Numbered from the stretch's first letter, positions 9,602-18,484 are shown. The stretch is 64,000 nt of DNA from a bacterium (GCA_018648585.1 JABGQW010000019.1:3133-67132); one strand, 5' to 3'. Made by a program: numbers and translations. The notes: generated by a model from the sequence alone, not told the origin.

Positions 9602-9629
9602 TTGACAGGTTCCAAAAACTGAGTACGCT
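9602..9629 (+). promoter_or_regulatory. promoter of the Kazal/Kunitz lipoprotein gene, leaderless geometry
   Basis: TTGACA (9602-9607), 16 nt, TACGCT (9624-9629), then 7 nt (cgctccg) to ATG 9637. Lies inside the 3' end of the upstream gene. Confidence 0.6.
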
Positions 9630-9636
9630 CGCTCCG

Positions 9637-10173
9637 ATGAAAAAATTATTCGTGTTGGCTGCGGCGTTTTTATTGATCGGATGTGGAAAAACAGAACCAG
9701 ACTCACCGCTCCCGACAATTGAAACCGAGGTCGCAAACACCGCAACAATCGGCGAAACCTGCGGTGGCGCCGCTGAAAAACTATGTGAATCAAAACTTGA
9801 ATGTGTGTTTGATTTTGACAAAGCTGATGCGCGCGGACGCTGCGTCGACAACGTGGTCGACAAAGAAATCAAATGCCCGCTCGCTCACTCCCCCGTTTGC
9901 GGACAAAAAGGATTGCAAAAAAACGGCTACCTCAACGAATGCGAAGCCACGCGCCACGGCGCGGAAATTTTGCACGCGGGATTTTGCACGCTCGATCCAG
10001 CGGTTGAAAATAACTGCGAGGCAAAAGCGATCGGCATCGGAATCTGTTTCAAAGTGATGCGCGGATTTGAATTCGACGCGGAAACAAATCGCTGCGTGCA
10101 GAAAAATGTCGGCGGCTGCGAAGCCGAAATTCCGTTTCAATCGCAGGAAAAATGCGAAGAAATGTGTTTGTAA
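9637..10173 (+). CDS. lipoprotein with Kazal-like and Kunitz/BPTI-like domains
   Basis: ORF trimmed to ATG 9637. Lipobox LLIGC. CPLAHSPVCGQKGLQKNGYLNEC...GFC fits a Kazal core. The C-terminal 6-Cys block CEAKAIGIGICFKVMRGFEFDAETNRCVQKNVGGCEAEIPFQSQEKCEEMC has BPTI-like Cys spacing, GGC and F-x-S-x3-C-x3-C. Confidence 0.75.
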   Translation: MKKLFVLAAAFLLIGCGKTEPDSPLPTIETEVANTATIGETCGGAAEKLCESKLECVFDFDKADARGRCVDNVVDKEIKCPLAHSPVCGQKGLQKNGYLNECEATRHGAEILHAGFCTLDPAVENNCEAKAIGIGICFKVMRGFEFDAETNRCVQKNVGGCEAEIPFQSQEKCEEMCL

Positions 10174-10178
10174 AAAAA

Positions 10179-10970
10179 TTATTTCGAAAGTTCTCGCGTG
10201 CGTTTCATCGCGGCTGCGACTGCGTCGTCCACGATTTTTTCCAAATGAAATTCGTTGAAAACTCGGATCGCCTGCTCGGTCGTTCCGCCCGGCGACATCA
10301 CGCGTTTTTTCCATTTTCCAAGAGAAATTTCGCTGAAATTTTCCGCCACTTCTCCCGCGCCGAGCATCGTCTGCCGAATCAAAATCTCTGATTCTTCCGG
10401 AGAAAATCCCAATTTTTGTGCGGCCGAAACAAGATTTTCTGCAAACTGAAAAAAGTACGCCGGTCCGCTTCCAGAGATTGCGCCGATCCCATCAATTTTT
10501 TCTTCAGAATCCAAATTGAGAACTTTTCCACCCGCAGAAAATATTTCCAAAATTTTCGATTTTTCGTCCGGAGAAAAAGTCGCGTCCGGTGCGAAAAAAA
10601 TTCCGGTCATCCCACGTCCGGCAAACTGTCCGAGGTTTGGCATCGTGCGCACAATCCGCGCGTCGGGAAATTTTTTTTGAAGTTTTGCGACCGGCGTTCC
10701 CACGAGCAGCGAAATCACGATCGCATTTTTTTTCGGGGAAAATTCGAGCGCGTCGAGTCCCTGCGGTTTGATCCCAAGAATCACGATTTCACAGGTTTCC
10801 AAATCGGAAACTTCGAGCGTCGTTCCGATTCCGTATTTTTTTTTGAGTGAAAGATTTTTTTCAGATTCGCGATTTGCCACGAGAATTTTTTCCGGAGAAA
10901 AAACGCCGCCGCGCACGATTCCGTCCAGAATCGCACCGCCCATATTTCCGCAACCGAGAAAACTCAACAT
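10179..10970 (-). CDS. proC: pyrroline-5-carboxylate reductase
   Basis: 263 aa. N-terminal LSFLGCGNMGGAI Rossmann motif and C-terminal SPGGTTEQAI motif. Confidence 0.92.
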   Translation of the reverse strand: MLSFLGCGNMGGAILDGIVRGGVFSPEKILVANRESEKNLSLKKKYGIGTTLEVSDLETCEIVILGIKPQGLDALEFSPKKNAIVISLLVGTPVAKLQKKFPDARIVRTMPNLGQFAGRGMTGIFFAPDATFSPDEKSKILEIFSAGGKVLNLDSEEKIDGIGAISGSGPAYFFQFAENLVSAAQKLGFSPEESEILIRQTMLGAGEVAENFSEISLGKWKKRVMSPGGTTEQAIRVFNEFHLEKIVDDAVAAAMKRTRELSK

Positions 10971-11002
10971 GAAATGAAAAATTAAGAATGAAAAATGAAA
11001 AA

Positions 11003-11368
11003 TTATTTTTTAAAATCTTTTTCCGTTGTCATCTTGATGCTCGATAAAATTTTTTCAATCTCCGTACAATCTGTTTTCAAAGATTCTCCCACTTTTTTTT
11101 CTAAAAGATCCGAATCAATCAACAACCGAATCCAATAACTTGTTTCGCGCGACTCTTTGTACGCAATGCAAATTTTGGCAAAAAAATCTTTTTTTGACTG
11201 CGCTCCAATTGCTTCTTCAACATTTGCACCGATCGAAGTACCACTTTTCAAAATCTGCTTTGAAAGCACAAATTCTTGTTTTTCCGTGATCAAAAAACGA
11301 GCCAAATGAACCATTCGCAACGCAAAATCATAACTTTTTTTCTGAATCACATTTTGCTTACTTTTCAT
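11003..11368 (-). CDS. four-helix-bundle protein (23S rRNA intervening-sequence protein family, Avd-like fold)
   Basis: ORF 11003..11560 trimmed to ATG 11368. SGTSIGANVEEAIGAQSKKDFFAKICIAYKESRETSYWIRLL is the family signature. Confidence 0.8.
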   Translation of the reverse strand: MKSKQNVIQKKSYDFALRMVHLARFLITEKQEFVLSKQILKSGTSIGANVEEAIGAQSKKDFFAKICIAYKESRETSYWIRLLIDSDLLEKKVGESLKTDCTEIEKILSSIKMTTEKDFKK

Positions 11369-11384
11369 TTTTAATTTTAATTTG

Positions 11385-12635
11385 TCATTCTCTGACCTGC
11401 CCGTCGCCGCGCAGAACCCATTTTTCGGTGACAAGTTTTTCGAGCGCGAACGGTCCGCGCGCGTGCAATTTTTGCGTGGAAATTCCAATCTCCGCGCCGA
11501 GTCCGTACATTCCGCCGTCGGCGAACCGCGTCGAAGTGTTGGCAAAAACTGACGCCGCATCGACTTCGTTCAAAAATCGATCGATCAATTCCTGGTTTTT
11601 CGAGCAAATCGCCTCCGAGTGTCGCGACGAAAATTCGGAAATGTGATCGAGCGCCTCGTCGAGCGAATCGACAATTTTGACCGAGCACGCCTGCCCGAGA
11701 AATTCGCGACCAAAATCCGCCGGTTCTGATTTTTTCAGATTTTTCCAGCCAGATTTTTTGAAAATTTCGAACGCGCGTTCGTCGGCAAAAATTTCCACGT
11801 CAAACGGCAAGAATCCCGGCAAAACTTTCGGGAGAAATTCCGCGGCCACTTCCGCCGAAACGAGAATTGTGTCGAGCGAGTTGCAGACGCTCGGGCGCTG
11901 TGTTTTCGCGTTCACAACAATTTTTGCGGCGGCATCAAGATCGGCCGTTTTTTCGACAAAAGTGTGGCACACACCCGCGCCGGTTTCGATCGTCGGGATT
12001 TTCGAATTTTCGCGGACAAATTTTATCAAATTCGCCGATCCCCGCGGAATAATTATGTCGACGAATTTTTCAGCTTCGAGCAAATCTTTCACAAATTTTC
12101 GGTCGGTCGGCATCAACTGCACCGCGTCCGGCGACACGCCAGAATTTTTCAAAACTTCCTGAATTATTTCCACGATCGCCAAATTTGAATCCGCCGCGTC
12201 CGATCCGCCCCGCAGCACCGCCGCGTTTCCGGATTTCAAACACAGCGTCGCGACGTCCGCCGTCACATTTGGTCGGGATTCGTAAATCACACCGACGACG
12301 CCGAGCGGCACCGCGATTTTTTTGAGGGAAATTCCATTTTCCAATTTTTTTTCAAGCAAAATTTTTCCGGCCGGATCTTCGATTTTTGAAACGTTCCGCG
12401 CGTCGCTCTCGATCGCCGAAATCCGCGATTTGTCGAGAAGCAGTCGATCGTACTTCGGATCGTCCGGATCCATCCGCGCCGCGTCCCGCGCATTTGCCGC
12501 GATAATTTTGTCCGAATTTTTTTCCAGCGCGTCCGCGATTTCGACGACCAGCGCCGATCTTTTTCCGTTGGAAAGTTTCGCCAGCGCGCGACTCGCGATT
12601 TTTGTTTTTTCGAGAAGCGGAAGAATGCTGTCCAT
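11385..12635 (-). CDS. proA: gamma-glutamyl phosphate reductase
   Basis: 416 aa, full-length ProA-like (aldehyde dehydrogenase fold; VCNSLDTILV, ANTSTRFADGG). Confidence 0.93.
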   Translation of the reverse strand: MDSILPLLEKTKIASRALAKLSNGKRSALVVEIADALEKNSDKIIAANARDAARMDPDDPKYDRLLLDKSRISAIESDARNVSKIEDPAGKILLEKKLENGISLKKIAVPLGVVGVIYESRPNVTADVATLCLKSGNAAVLRGGSDAADSNLAIVEIIQEVLKNSGVSPDAVQLMPTDRKFVKDLLEAEKFVDIIIPRGSANLIKFVRENSKIPTIETGAGVCHTFVEKTADLDAAAKIVVNAKTQRPSVCNSLDTILVSAEVAAEFLPKVLPGFLPFDVEIFADERAFEIFKKSGWKNLKKSEPADFGREFLGQACSVKIVDSLDEALDHISEFSSRHSEAICSKNQELIDRFLNEVDAASVFANTSTRFADGGMYGLGAEIGISTQKLHARGPFALEKLVTEKWVLRGDGQVRE

Positions 12636-12660
12636 TTTTTCGGGGGAAAAGTTCGCGCAA

Positions 12661-12688
12661 AATGTACCAGATCGGAGAAAAAGTTCAA
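12661..12688 (-). promoter_or_regulatory. promoter of proA (proA / 4HB gene / proC transcription unit)
   Basis: Minus strand: TTGAAC (12688-12683), 16 nt, TACATT (12666-12661). 25-nt leader. Confidence 0.55.
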
Positions 12689-12816
12689 CTTGACAAAAAC
12701 ACGAAAACGCCTCAAACTAAAAACAGATTTGAAAGTAAATTAAATTATAAACTTTAGAGTTTGTTGATTTGGTTTCTTCGGATCCGATCAACTGCTCTTT
12801 TAAAAACTGTAAAACT

Positions 12817-13284
12817 ATGAGATTTGTAAAAATTTTATTCTGGTTCGGTGTGTACGGAAACCTTTGCGGCTCACTTGGATTTTCATTGAGTGCGATCAAT
12901 CGCGAATTTTCAACTGGGGCCTTTCACACAACCGCCAGCACCACCATCGATCTGATTTTAGCGATGGTACTCCTGGCTGGGTTCTTTCTTTTTATTTGGA
13001 ATAATAAAACAAAAGATTATTTCAAAAAAAGCAAAGGATCTGTATTTATTTACACATTCTTCCTGGTTTTTTTCCTGGAAATAATAGTGCAGGGACTCGT
13101 GGGATCGATAATCCTACTCAAATTCTCTTTTTTTGAAGCAATGCAATTTGCATTTCAAGAAAAAATGATTGAAATAATTCTTGCTGGCTCAGCCGTCATG
13201 GGAATTATGGGGGTGATTTATCACTCTTTAAAACCACAACCACACTGCGAAACTTGTAATTGCAGGAAAGTTGATCAAAATTGA
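12817..13284 (+). CDS. hypothetical integral membrane protein
   Basis: ORF trimmed to ATG 12817 (MRFVKILFWFGVYG). About 4 hydrophobic helices, C-terminal CETCNC. A+T-rich. Confidence 0.5.
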   Translation: MRFVKILFWFGVYGNLCGSLGFSLSAINREFSTGAFHTTASTTIDLILAMVLLAGFFLFIWNNKTKDYFKKSKGSVFIYTFFLVFFLEIIVQGLVGSIILLKFSFFEAMQFAFQEKMIEIILAGSAVMGIMGVIYHSLKPQPHCETCNCRKVDQN

Positions 13285-13321
13285 AGTTTGAAAAATCGAA
13301 AGATTTTCGCACTTCATTTTC

Positions 13322-13351
13322 AAAAAGCGAACTTCACCGTTCGCTTTTTTT
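13322..13351. terminator. bidirectional intrinsic terminator between convergent genes
   Basis: aaaaa-GCGAAC-ttcacc-GTTCGC-ttttttt. Perfect stem flanked by an A-run and a T-run, between 12817..13284 (+) and the NUDIX gene (-). Confidence 0.75.
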
Positions 13352-13352
13352 A

Positions 13353-13730
13353 TTATTTCAATTTTTCGACGAACGGCCGATCCGCCGGGGCAAATGTAAA
13401 TTGATCCAGTTCGTCCAATCCGATCCACCGAAATTCGCTGTGCTCGCGCGAAAGTGAAATTTCTCCGGTGAAATTTTTCACCAAAAATGCGCGCAACCGC
13501 ACAATTTTTTTCGGGTACGCGTGCACGTTTTCTGCAAAAAATTCTCCGATCTCCGCACGAATCCCGAGTTCTTCATGAAGTTCCCGTGCAAGACATTCTT
13601 CTGGAGTTTCGCCTTTTTCAATTTTTCCTCCGGGAAATTCCCACAAATTTTGAATTTCAAAATCGTCCGCGCGTCGCGCGATCAGTAGTTTTTCGTTTTT
13701 GAAAATAATCGCCGCCGTCACCTCGATCAT
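13353..13730 (-). CDS. NUDIX hydrolase (MutT-like)
   Basis: Nudix box GGKIEKGETPEECLARELHEELGI. ATG at 13730 preferred over the TTG at 13757. Confidence 0.85.
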   Translation of the reverse strand: MIEVTAAIIFKNEKLLIARRADDFEIQNLWEFPGGKIEKGETPEECLARELHEELGIRAEIGEFFAENVHAYPKKIVRLRAFLVKNFTGEISLSREHSEFRWIGLDELDQFTFAPADRPFVEKLK

Positions 13731-13806
13731 CACCACGCAGTGTACTGAAGTTTTCAAAAAATTCCAAAGCTTGTCATTTTTAATTCTTCATTTTTCATTC
13801 CCAAAA

Positions 13807-14841
13807 TCACATCACGACAATTTCGTCCGCATGTGCGACCACCACGCCTTCTTCTCGAAGCGATTTTCGAAGTTCTGCCGAAGAAATCTTTGCCCGAGCA
13901 ACCGCAAAAAGCGGCTCATTTTCGTCGGTGAAAATTTCAACCACTTCGCCTTTTTCAAATTCTCCGTCGCTCATCGCAGTCACGCCGACAGCAAGCAAAC
14001 TGTTGCGATCCTGCAACGCTTTTGCCGCGCCCGCGTCGATAAAAATTTTTCCAGAAATCAGCGATCCACTCGCGATCCATTTTTGGTGTGCGGAAATGTC
14101 GCACGCTCGCGCCGGACATCGCGTCCCAGATTTTCCCGCCTCCGCCGAAAGAAGTTCTCCCGGTTTGCGCGCGTCAAAAATCACAACTTCCGTTCCGAGT
14201 CGCGTCGTGCGTTTTGCGCAGTGAAGTTTGGAAATCATTCCGCCGAGTCCAAAATTTGATGAACCTTTTGCCACGCCAAAAATTTCCGGCGTGAATTCTT
14301 CGATCACCGGAATCAATTTTTCGTCGTGATCGAGCACGCCGCCGACCGACGATCCGAACAAAAGTTTTTGCGCAGAAAACCCAGCCGCGATCAACGTCGC
14401 GAGTTCGTCGTTGTCAGAAAATTTGAGTTTCAAATCAGAAACCACATCGTTTTCGTTGACGATCGGAATGAAATTATTTTCCCAGAGTTTTCCAAACGTT
14501 TCTCGCAGGTGCAAAAAACTCCGTCGATCAGAAAAATGATGTCGTTCCAAAAGTGCCTGCGACACGTTCACGCCGTACGGCTCGAACCATTTTACGTATT
14601 TTTGAACAAGAATTGTGTTCCCAATCGAAGCCGCCGCGCGCCGCTCGATAATCGTGCGCGAGAATTCTTTCAGGAATTTTTTTCCGTACCCGACAGCACC
14701 AGATGAAACGAGAATCAAGCGATATTTTTTGTGCAATTGGGCCAGCTGTCGACAAAATTCTTGCAACACCAAAACATTTGGATCGCCGTGTTCGTCCGTG
14801 ACGGCAGCGGTTCCAACTTTGACAACAACGATCGGTTTCAT
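13807..14841 (-). CDS. proB: glutamate 5-kinase with C-terminal PUA domain
   Basis: ORF trimmed to ATG 14841 (MKPIVVVKVGTAAVTDE). Amino-acid kinase fold plus a PUA-like C-terminus. Confidence 0.92.
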   Translation of the reverse strand: MKPIVVVKVGTAAVTDEHGDPNVLVLQEFCRQLAQLHKKYRLILVSSGAVGYGKKFLKEFSRTIIERRAAASIGNTILVQKYVKWFEPYGVNVSQALLERHHFSDRRSFLHLRETFGKLWENNFIPIVNENDVVSDLKLKFSDNDELATLIAAGFSAQKLLFGSSVGGVLDHDEKLIPVIEEFTPEIFGVAKGSSNFGLGGMISKLHCAKRTTRLGTEVVIFDARKPGELLSAEAGKSGTRCPARACDISAHQKWIASGSLISGKIFIDAGAAKALQDRNSLLAVGVTAMSDGEFEKGEVVEIFTDENEPLFAVARAKISSAELRKSLREEGVVVAHADEIVVM

Positions 14842-14848
14842 CAGAAGA

Positions 14849-14877
14849 ATTGTATCGAAAAAAAATTTGCAACTCAA
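14849..14877 (-). promoter_or_regulatory. promoter of proB, leaderless geometry
   Basis: Minus strand: TTGAGT (14877-14872), 17 nt, TACAAT (14854-14849), then 7 nt to ATG 14841. Confidence 0.65.
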
Positions 14878-14893
14878 CATTTTCTGGTAAAAT
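14866..14893 (+). promoter_or_regulatory. promoter of holin-IV-like gene, leaderless geometry
   Basis: TTTGCA (14866-14871), 16 nt, TAAAAT (14888-14893), then 8 nt to ATG 14902. Confidence 0.6.
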
Positions 14894-14901
14894 TTTCAAC
14901 G

Positions 14902-15297
14902 ATGGGATTTTTTCAACGGCTTCTTTTTTCACTGCTCGGAAACTCGATTCTTTTTTGGCTCGTGGAGAAAAAAATTTCCGTGTACGTTCCGGGGACTTTT
15001 GAAACGTCTGGCGGCTGGAAAACATACCTTTCTTTGGCAATTATTTTTTGTGTACTCAACACAATCGTGCGCCCGATTTTGGATTTGGTGTCACTGCCGC
15101 TGCGCTGGTTTACGCTCGGTCTTTTTTCGCTCGTGATCAACGCTGCGTTGCTCTGGCTGCTGGAAGAAATTGTAAAATTTCTCGATTTCGCAGACATTGC
15201 ACTCACCGTCAGCGGCTGGGAATCGTACGTCGTGATCGGGCTCATTTTATCGATTTTCCACGGAATGCTGCACTGGTTTGAAAAATCAAAAAACTGA
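14902..15297 (+). CDS. phage-holin-family-IV-like (YvlD-type) small membrane protein
   Basis: ORF trimmed to ATG 14902. 4 TM segments. NTIVRPILDLVSLPLRWFTLGLFSLVINAALLWL resembles this family. Confidence 0.55.
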   Translation: MGFFQRLLFSLLGNSILFWLVEKKISVYVPGTFETSGGWKTYLSLAIIFCVLNTIVRPILDLVSLPLRWFTLGLFSLVINAALLWLLEEIVKFLDFADIALTVSGWESYVVIGLILSIFHGMLHWFEKSKN

Positions 15298-15370
15298 CGA
15301 ACGCACAAAGAACTTGCAAAAAATGAATTTTTATGTAAAGTAGTTTTTGAATTTTTCAAAATTTAAAAAA

Positions 15371-16480
15371 ATGAGTCAATTTGATAATTTGGATAACTTG
15401 TTCGCCGAAATAGATAAAATCACCAAAACGGGAAAAATTCCCCCACCGCTGATACAAATAATCACCACTTTTCGTGCGGAACTTTTGCAAAAAATCAAAG
15501 AAATTCGAGAAGAATCTCCCGCCGAGCCGAAAATTGAAAAAGAAATTGAATGCGATAAATCCAGCGTTTGGAGTGAAATCGAAACTGGAATTTCCAAAAA
15601 TTTTCCCGAAAAGTTATTAGATTCAAAAGAGTTTTCAGAAAAAATACTTGATCCGACTCTGCAAATGTTGGGAAATGATGATCGAGAATTTCAAAATTTT
15701 TTCAGCTCCATTTTTCTCAAAATACACGATGAAACCGCGAGATCTTCCCAAGATTTTTTGAACGAAATTTGGAATAAAATCCGAACAAAATATTATCCTG
15801 AAAATGAAACCGTCTCGCAGCTTCGAAAAAAATCGTACGAGTGGGCGATGCTGCAATTTTTGAGAAAAGAAGATTTGATTTCGAAGAAACAAGCGCGGGA
15901 ATTTTGGAAAAAAATTCCACACGGAAATATTTTCGACAAAAATAAAAAATCCGAAGTTTTGGAGGAGGCGCTCAAAACCGAAAATGATGGTTCGATGGAA
16001 GATAACCTGACAAACCAAATAATTCGAATGACTAAAAATCTCGATGAAAATGAGTTGGATTTTTGGGAAAAAACCGCACAAAATTTGGAAAAAAATCACA
16101 AAATCGTGACACGACTCAAAAGTTTGGAAACAATCCCGTTTGAAGATTTGAAAAAATATTTGGGAATTTTGTCGCCCGATGGCAAAGAATTTCAGGTAAA
16201 ATCAGAAAATGAGGAAACACCCAATCAAATTTATTTTGATCTGAACTGGGACGAAGAAACCTGGAAAACAAAACTCGAAAAAACAATCGAATTTTACTCA
16301 AACCAAGAGGAAAAAGGGAGATCTTACGAAGAAGATTACAAACCTGACGATGTCGCACCCGTAAATAAAAATATTTTCAACATGAACACGCTCTCTCAAT
16401 TTTCCTCCGTGCGGCTGCGCTGGGAACTCGAAAAACTGTTCGAAGAAGCACAAGAATTTGATGTGGAGACAATCGAATAA
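15371..16480 (+). CDS. hypothetical protein (acidic, E/K-rich)
   Basis: 377-aa ORF (TTG 15347), first ATG at 15371. No domain recognised. A+T-rich. Confidence 0.5.
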   Translation: MSQFDNLDNLFAEIDKITKTGKIPPPLIQIITTFRAELLQKIKEIREESPAEPKIEKEIECDKSSVWSEIETGISKNFPEKLLDSKEFSEKILDPTLQMLGNDDREFQNFFSSIFLKIHDETARSSQDFLNEIWNKIRTKYYPENETVSQLRKKSYEWAMLQFLRKEDLISKKQAREFWKKIPHGNIFDKNKKSEVLEEALKTENDGSMEDNLTNQIIRMTKNLDENELDFWEKTAQNLEKNHKIVTRLKSLETIPFEDLKKYLGILSPDGKEFQVKSENEETPNQIYFDLNWDEETWKTKLEKTIEFYSNQEEKGRSYEEDYKPDDVAPVNKNIFNMNTLSQFSSVRLRWELEKLFEEAQEFDVETIE

Positions 16481-16490
16481 TTCGAAAAAT

Positions 16491-16518
16491 TTGCAAAAAA
16501 ACGGATCGAAGCTAAAAT
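16491..16518 (+). promoter_or_regulatory. promoter of secG operon
   Basis: TTGCAA (16491-16496), 16 nt, TAAAAT (16513-16518). Confidence 0.55.
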
Positions 16519-16540
16519 ACAAACGATTTTTTTGGAAAAA

Positions 16541-16753
16541 ATGTTTCAAACTTTTTTTATCGTCGTTTCCGTGCTGTTTATGATTGTGGTGCTGCTGCAG
16601 CAGAAAAATTCGAGTCTCGGCTCGCTGATGGGCGCCGACTCCGGAGATGAAATTGCACAGACGCGCCGCGGAGCTGAAAAATTTTTACATCAGGCGACGA
16701 TCGTTCTGGCCGTGCTGTTCATCGGCGGCGGAATGTGGGCGATGTTTTCCTGA
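16541..16753 (+). CDS. secG: preprotein translocase subunit SecG
   Basis: MFQTFFIVVSVLFMIVVLLQQKNSSLGSLMG... with two TM helices, typical SecG. The ATG at 16541 is preferred over the upstream in-frame TTG at 16532. Confidence 0.8.
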   Translation: MFQTFFIVVSVLFMIVVLLQQKNSSLGSLMGADSGDEIAQTRRGAEKFLHQATIVLAVLFIGGGMWAMFS

Positions 16754-16771
16754 TTTTTTGATCGTAATTTT

Positions 16772-18484
16772 ATGCGACGCCGACGAAATCCAAAAGTTCG
16801 GATTGCACAAAAAACAAGATTTATTTTTTTGAGTCTGATTCTTTTTTTGGGAATCTTTTTGTGGGGATGGCACAATTTTTTTGTAGAAAATTCAAAATGG
16901 ATTCCCGCGTCCGGCGGAATTTTTACAGAATCGACAATCGGACGGATCCAAAATCTCAGCCCGCTCGCAGAACGACATTCGTTGTTTGATCGCGACGTAA
17001 TCCAGCTCGTGTACGCCGGACTGCTGCGACACAACCCAATCTCCGGGCAAATCGAAGAAAATCTCGCGACATTCCGCGTGGCAGACGACGGAAAATCGTA
17101 TTTTGTGAGTTTGAAAAATTCTGCAAAATTCAGCAACGGCGATCCGGTCACAATCGACGATGTTATTTTTACGTACGAAAAAGTCATCCAAAATCCAAAT
17201 TTTGAAAACTCAATTTTGCGCGGCGCGTTCGAGTACATTTCGATCGACGTCGTGGATCAACAAACGCTCGCGTTTCATCTGCCGGAACCGAACGTGTTTT
17301 TTCCCGGACTACTGACAACACCGATTTTGCACGCAAAAAGTTTTGAAAATGCGCTGATCGAAGAAATCACGGATCCTGAATTTCCCGCGAACAAACATCC
17401 GATCGGTGCGGGTCCATTTGTTCTGAAAAATATTATTCCAGACGACGACGGAAGTTTTCGCGTTTTTTTGAAACGAAATTTTCATTATTTTCGCGGACGT
17501 CCATTTTTGAAACAAATCGTACTGTACGTGTACCCAGATTTCGAACATTTGAAATTTAAACACACGTGGACGACGATGTACTCACAAATCCAACATCGCG
17601 AGCTGCAGGATTTTGAGAAAAATTTGTTCGACGAATATCTGAACCGCGAATATATTTTGCCGCGATTTGTGGCGGTTTTTTTCAATTTGGATTCGCCCGC
17701 GGTAAAAAATACTCCGCTGCGCGAGGCGCTCGAAATGTCGATCGACAAAGATAAATTGATGCACAATGAACCGGGCTGGAATCGCATCGATTCGATTTTC
17801 TTTTTTGAAAACATTGAAAGCTGGCACGAAACAAATTTTCCCGCGGCACGACTCACGCTCAAAGATCACGGATTTCGGCTGGACACAAAACGGAAAATTC
17901 GCATTTTTGACAAAAAACCAGTGCAGATAAAAATGATCACCAGCACGCAACCGCCCGTTTTTTCGCGGTTTGCACAAAACATCGCGCACACCTGGGAAAA
18001 AGAACTCAACGTCGCCGTCAAACTCGAAGTGCTCGATCCCGCAGATTTTTTGGAGGCGCTGAAAAATCGAAATTATGATCTCGTGCTTTTTGGACAGAAT
18101 TTTTCAGAAAATTTTGATTCGCTCTCGACCTGGCACAGCTCACAATCGGGAAAACTGAATCTTTCAAATCTGACGAACGAAGAAATCGATTCGCTGATCG
18201 ACGACGTGCGACTTTCCGGCGGCCAGAGCGATCTGTTTGAATTGAACAAAAAACTCACCGACATCGTTCCCGCGGTTCCGCTCGCCGTGCCGCAGTACCA
18301 CATTTTGGTGGGAAAAAAGTTGCTCGGATTTTCAGAAGCGTTCGGCAAAATTCGCCGACATTCCGAACGATTTTACAACGCGCACGAATGGCATTTTTTT
18401 GAAAAACGCGACTGGAACTGGGAAAAAAATCAGTGGAAAATTCTCGGATTTTTTGAGTGGATTTTTGAAAAAATTTTTGGATGA
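16772..18484 (+). CDS. ABC transporter substrate-binding protein, family 5 (peptide/nickel type)
   Basis: 570 aa, N-terminal anchor helix, overall SBP_bac_5-like sequence (FHLPEPNVFFPGLL, HPIGAGPFVLK). Confidence 0.7.
   Translation: MRRRRNPKVRIAQKTRFIFLSLILFLGIFLWGWHNFFVENSKWIPASGGIFTESTIGRIQNLSPLAERHSLFDRDVIQLVYAGLLRHNPISGQIEENLATFRVADDGKSYFVSLKNSAKFSNGDPVTIDDVIFTYEKVIQNPNFENSILRGAFEYISIDVVDQQTLAFHLPEPNVFFPGLLTTPILHAKSFENALIEEITDPEFPANKHPIGAGPFVLKNIIPDDDGSFRVFLKRNFHYFRGRPFLKQIVLYVYPDFEHLKFKHTWTTMYSQIQHRELQDFEKNLFDEYLNREYILPRFVAVFFNLDSPAVKNTPLREALEMSIDKDKLMHNEPGWNRIDSIFFFENIESWHETNFPAARLTLKDHGFRLDTKRKIRIFDKKPVQIKMITSTQPPVFSRFAQNIAHTWEKELNVAVKLEVLDPADFLEALKNRNYDLVLFGQNFSENFDSLSTWHSSQSGKLNLSNLTNEEIDSLIDDVRLSGGQSDLFELNKKLTDIVPAVPLAVPQYHILVGKKLLGFSEAFGKIRRHSERFYNAHEWHFFEKRDWNWEKNQWKILGFFEWIFEKIFG

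Noticed and set aside
11003-11368. Avd-like four-helix-bundle gene as an indicator of a diversity-generating retroelement
   Set aside because: There is no reverse transcriptase, template repeat or variable-region target gene anywhere in the window. The gene sits inside the proA-proC unit.
11369-11560. 64-aa N-terminal extension of the four-helix-bundle ORF (11003..11560), and ORF 11377..11688
   Set aside because: The extension overlaps the proA 3' end in another frame and is Arg-rich low complexity. The family-typical sequence starts at the ATG at 11368.
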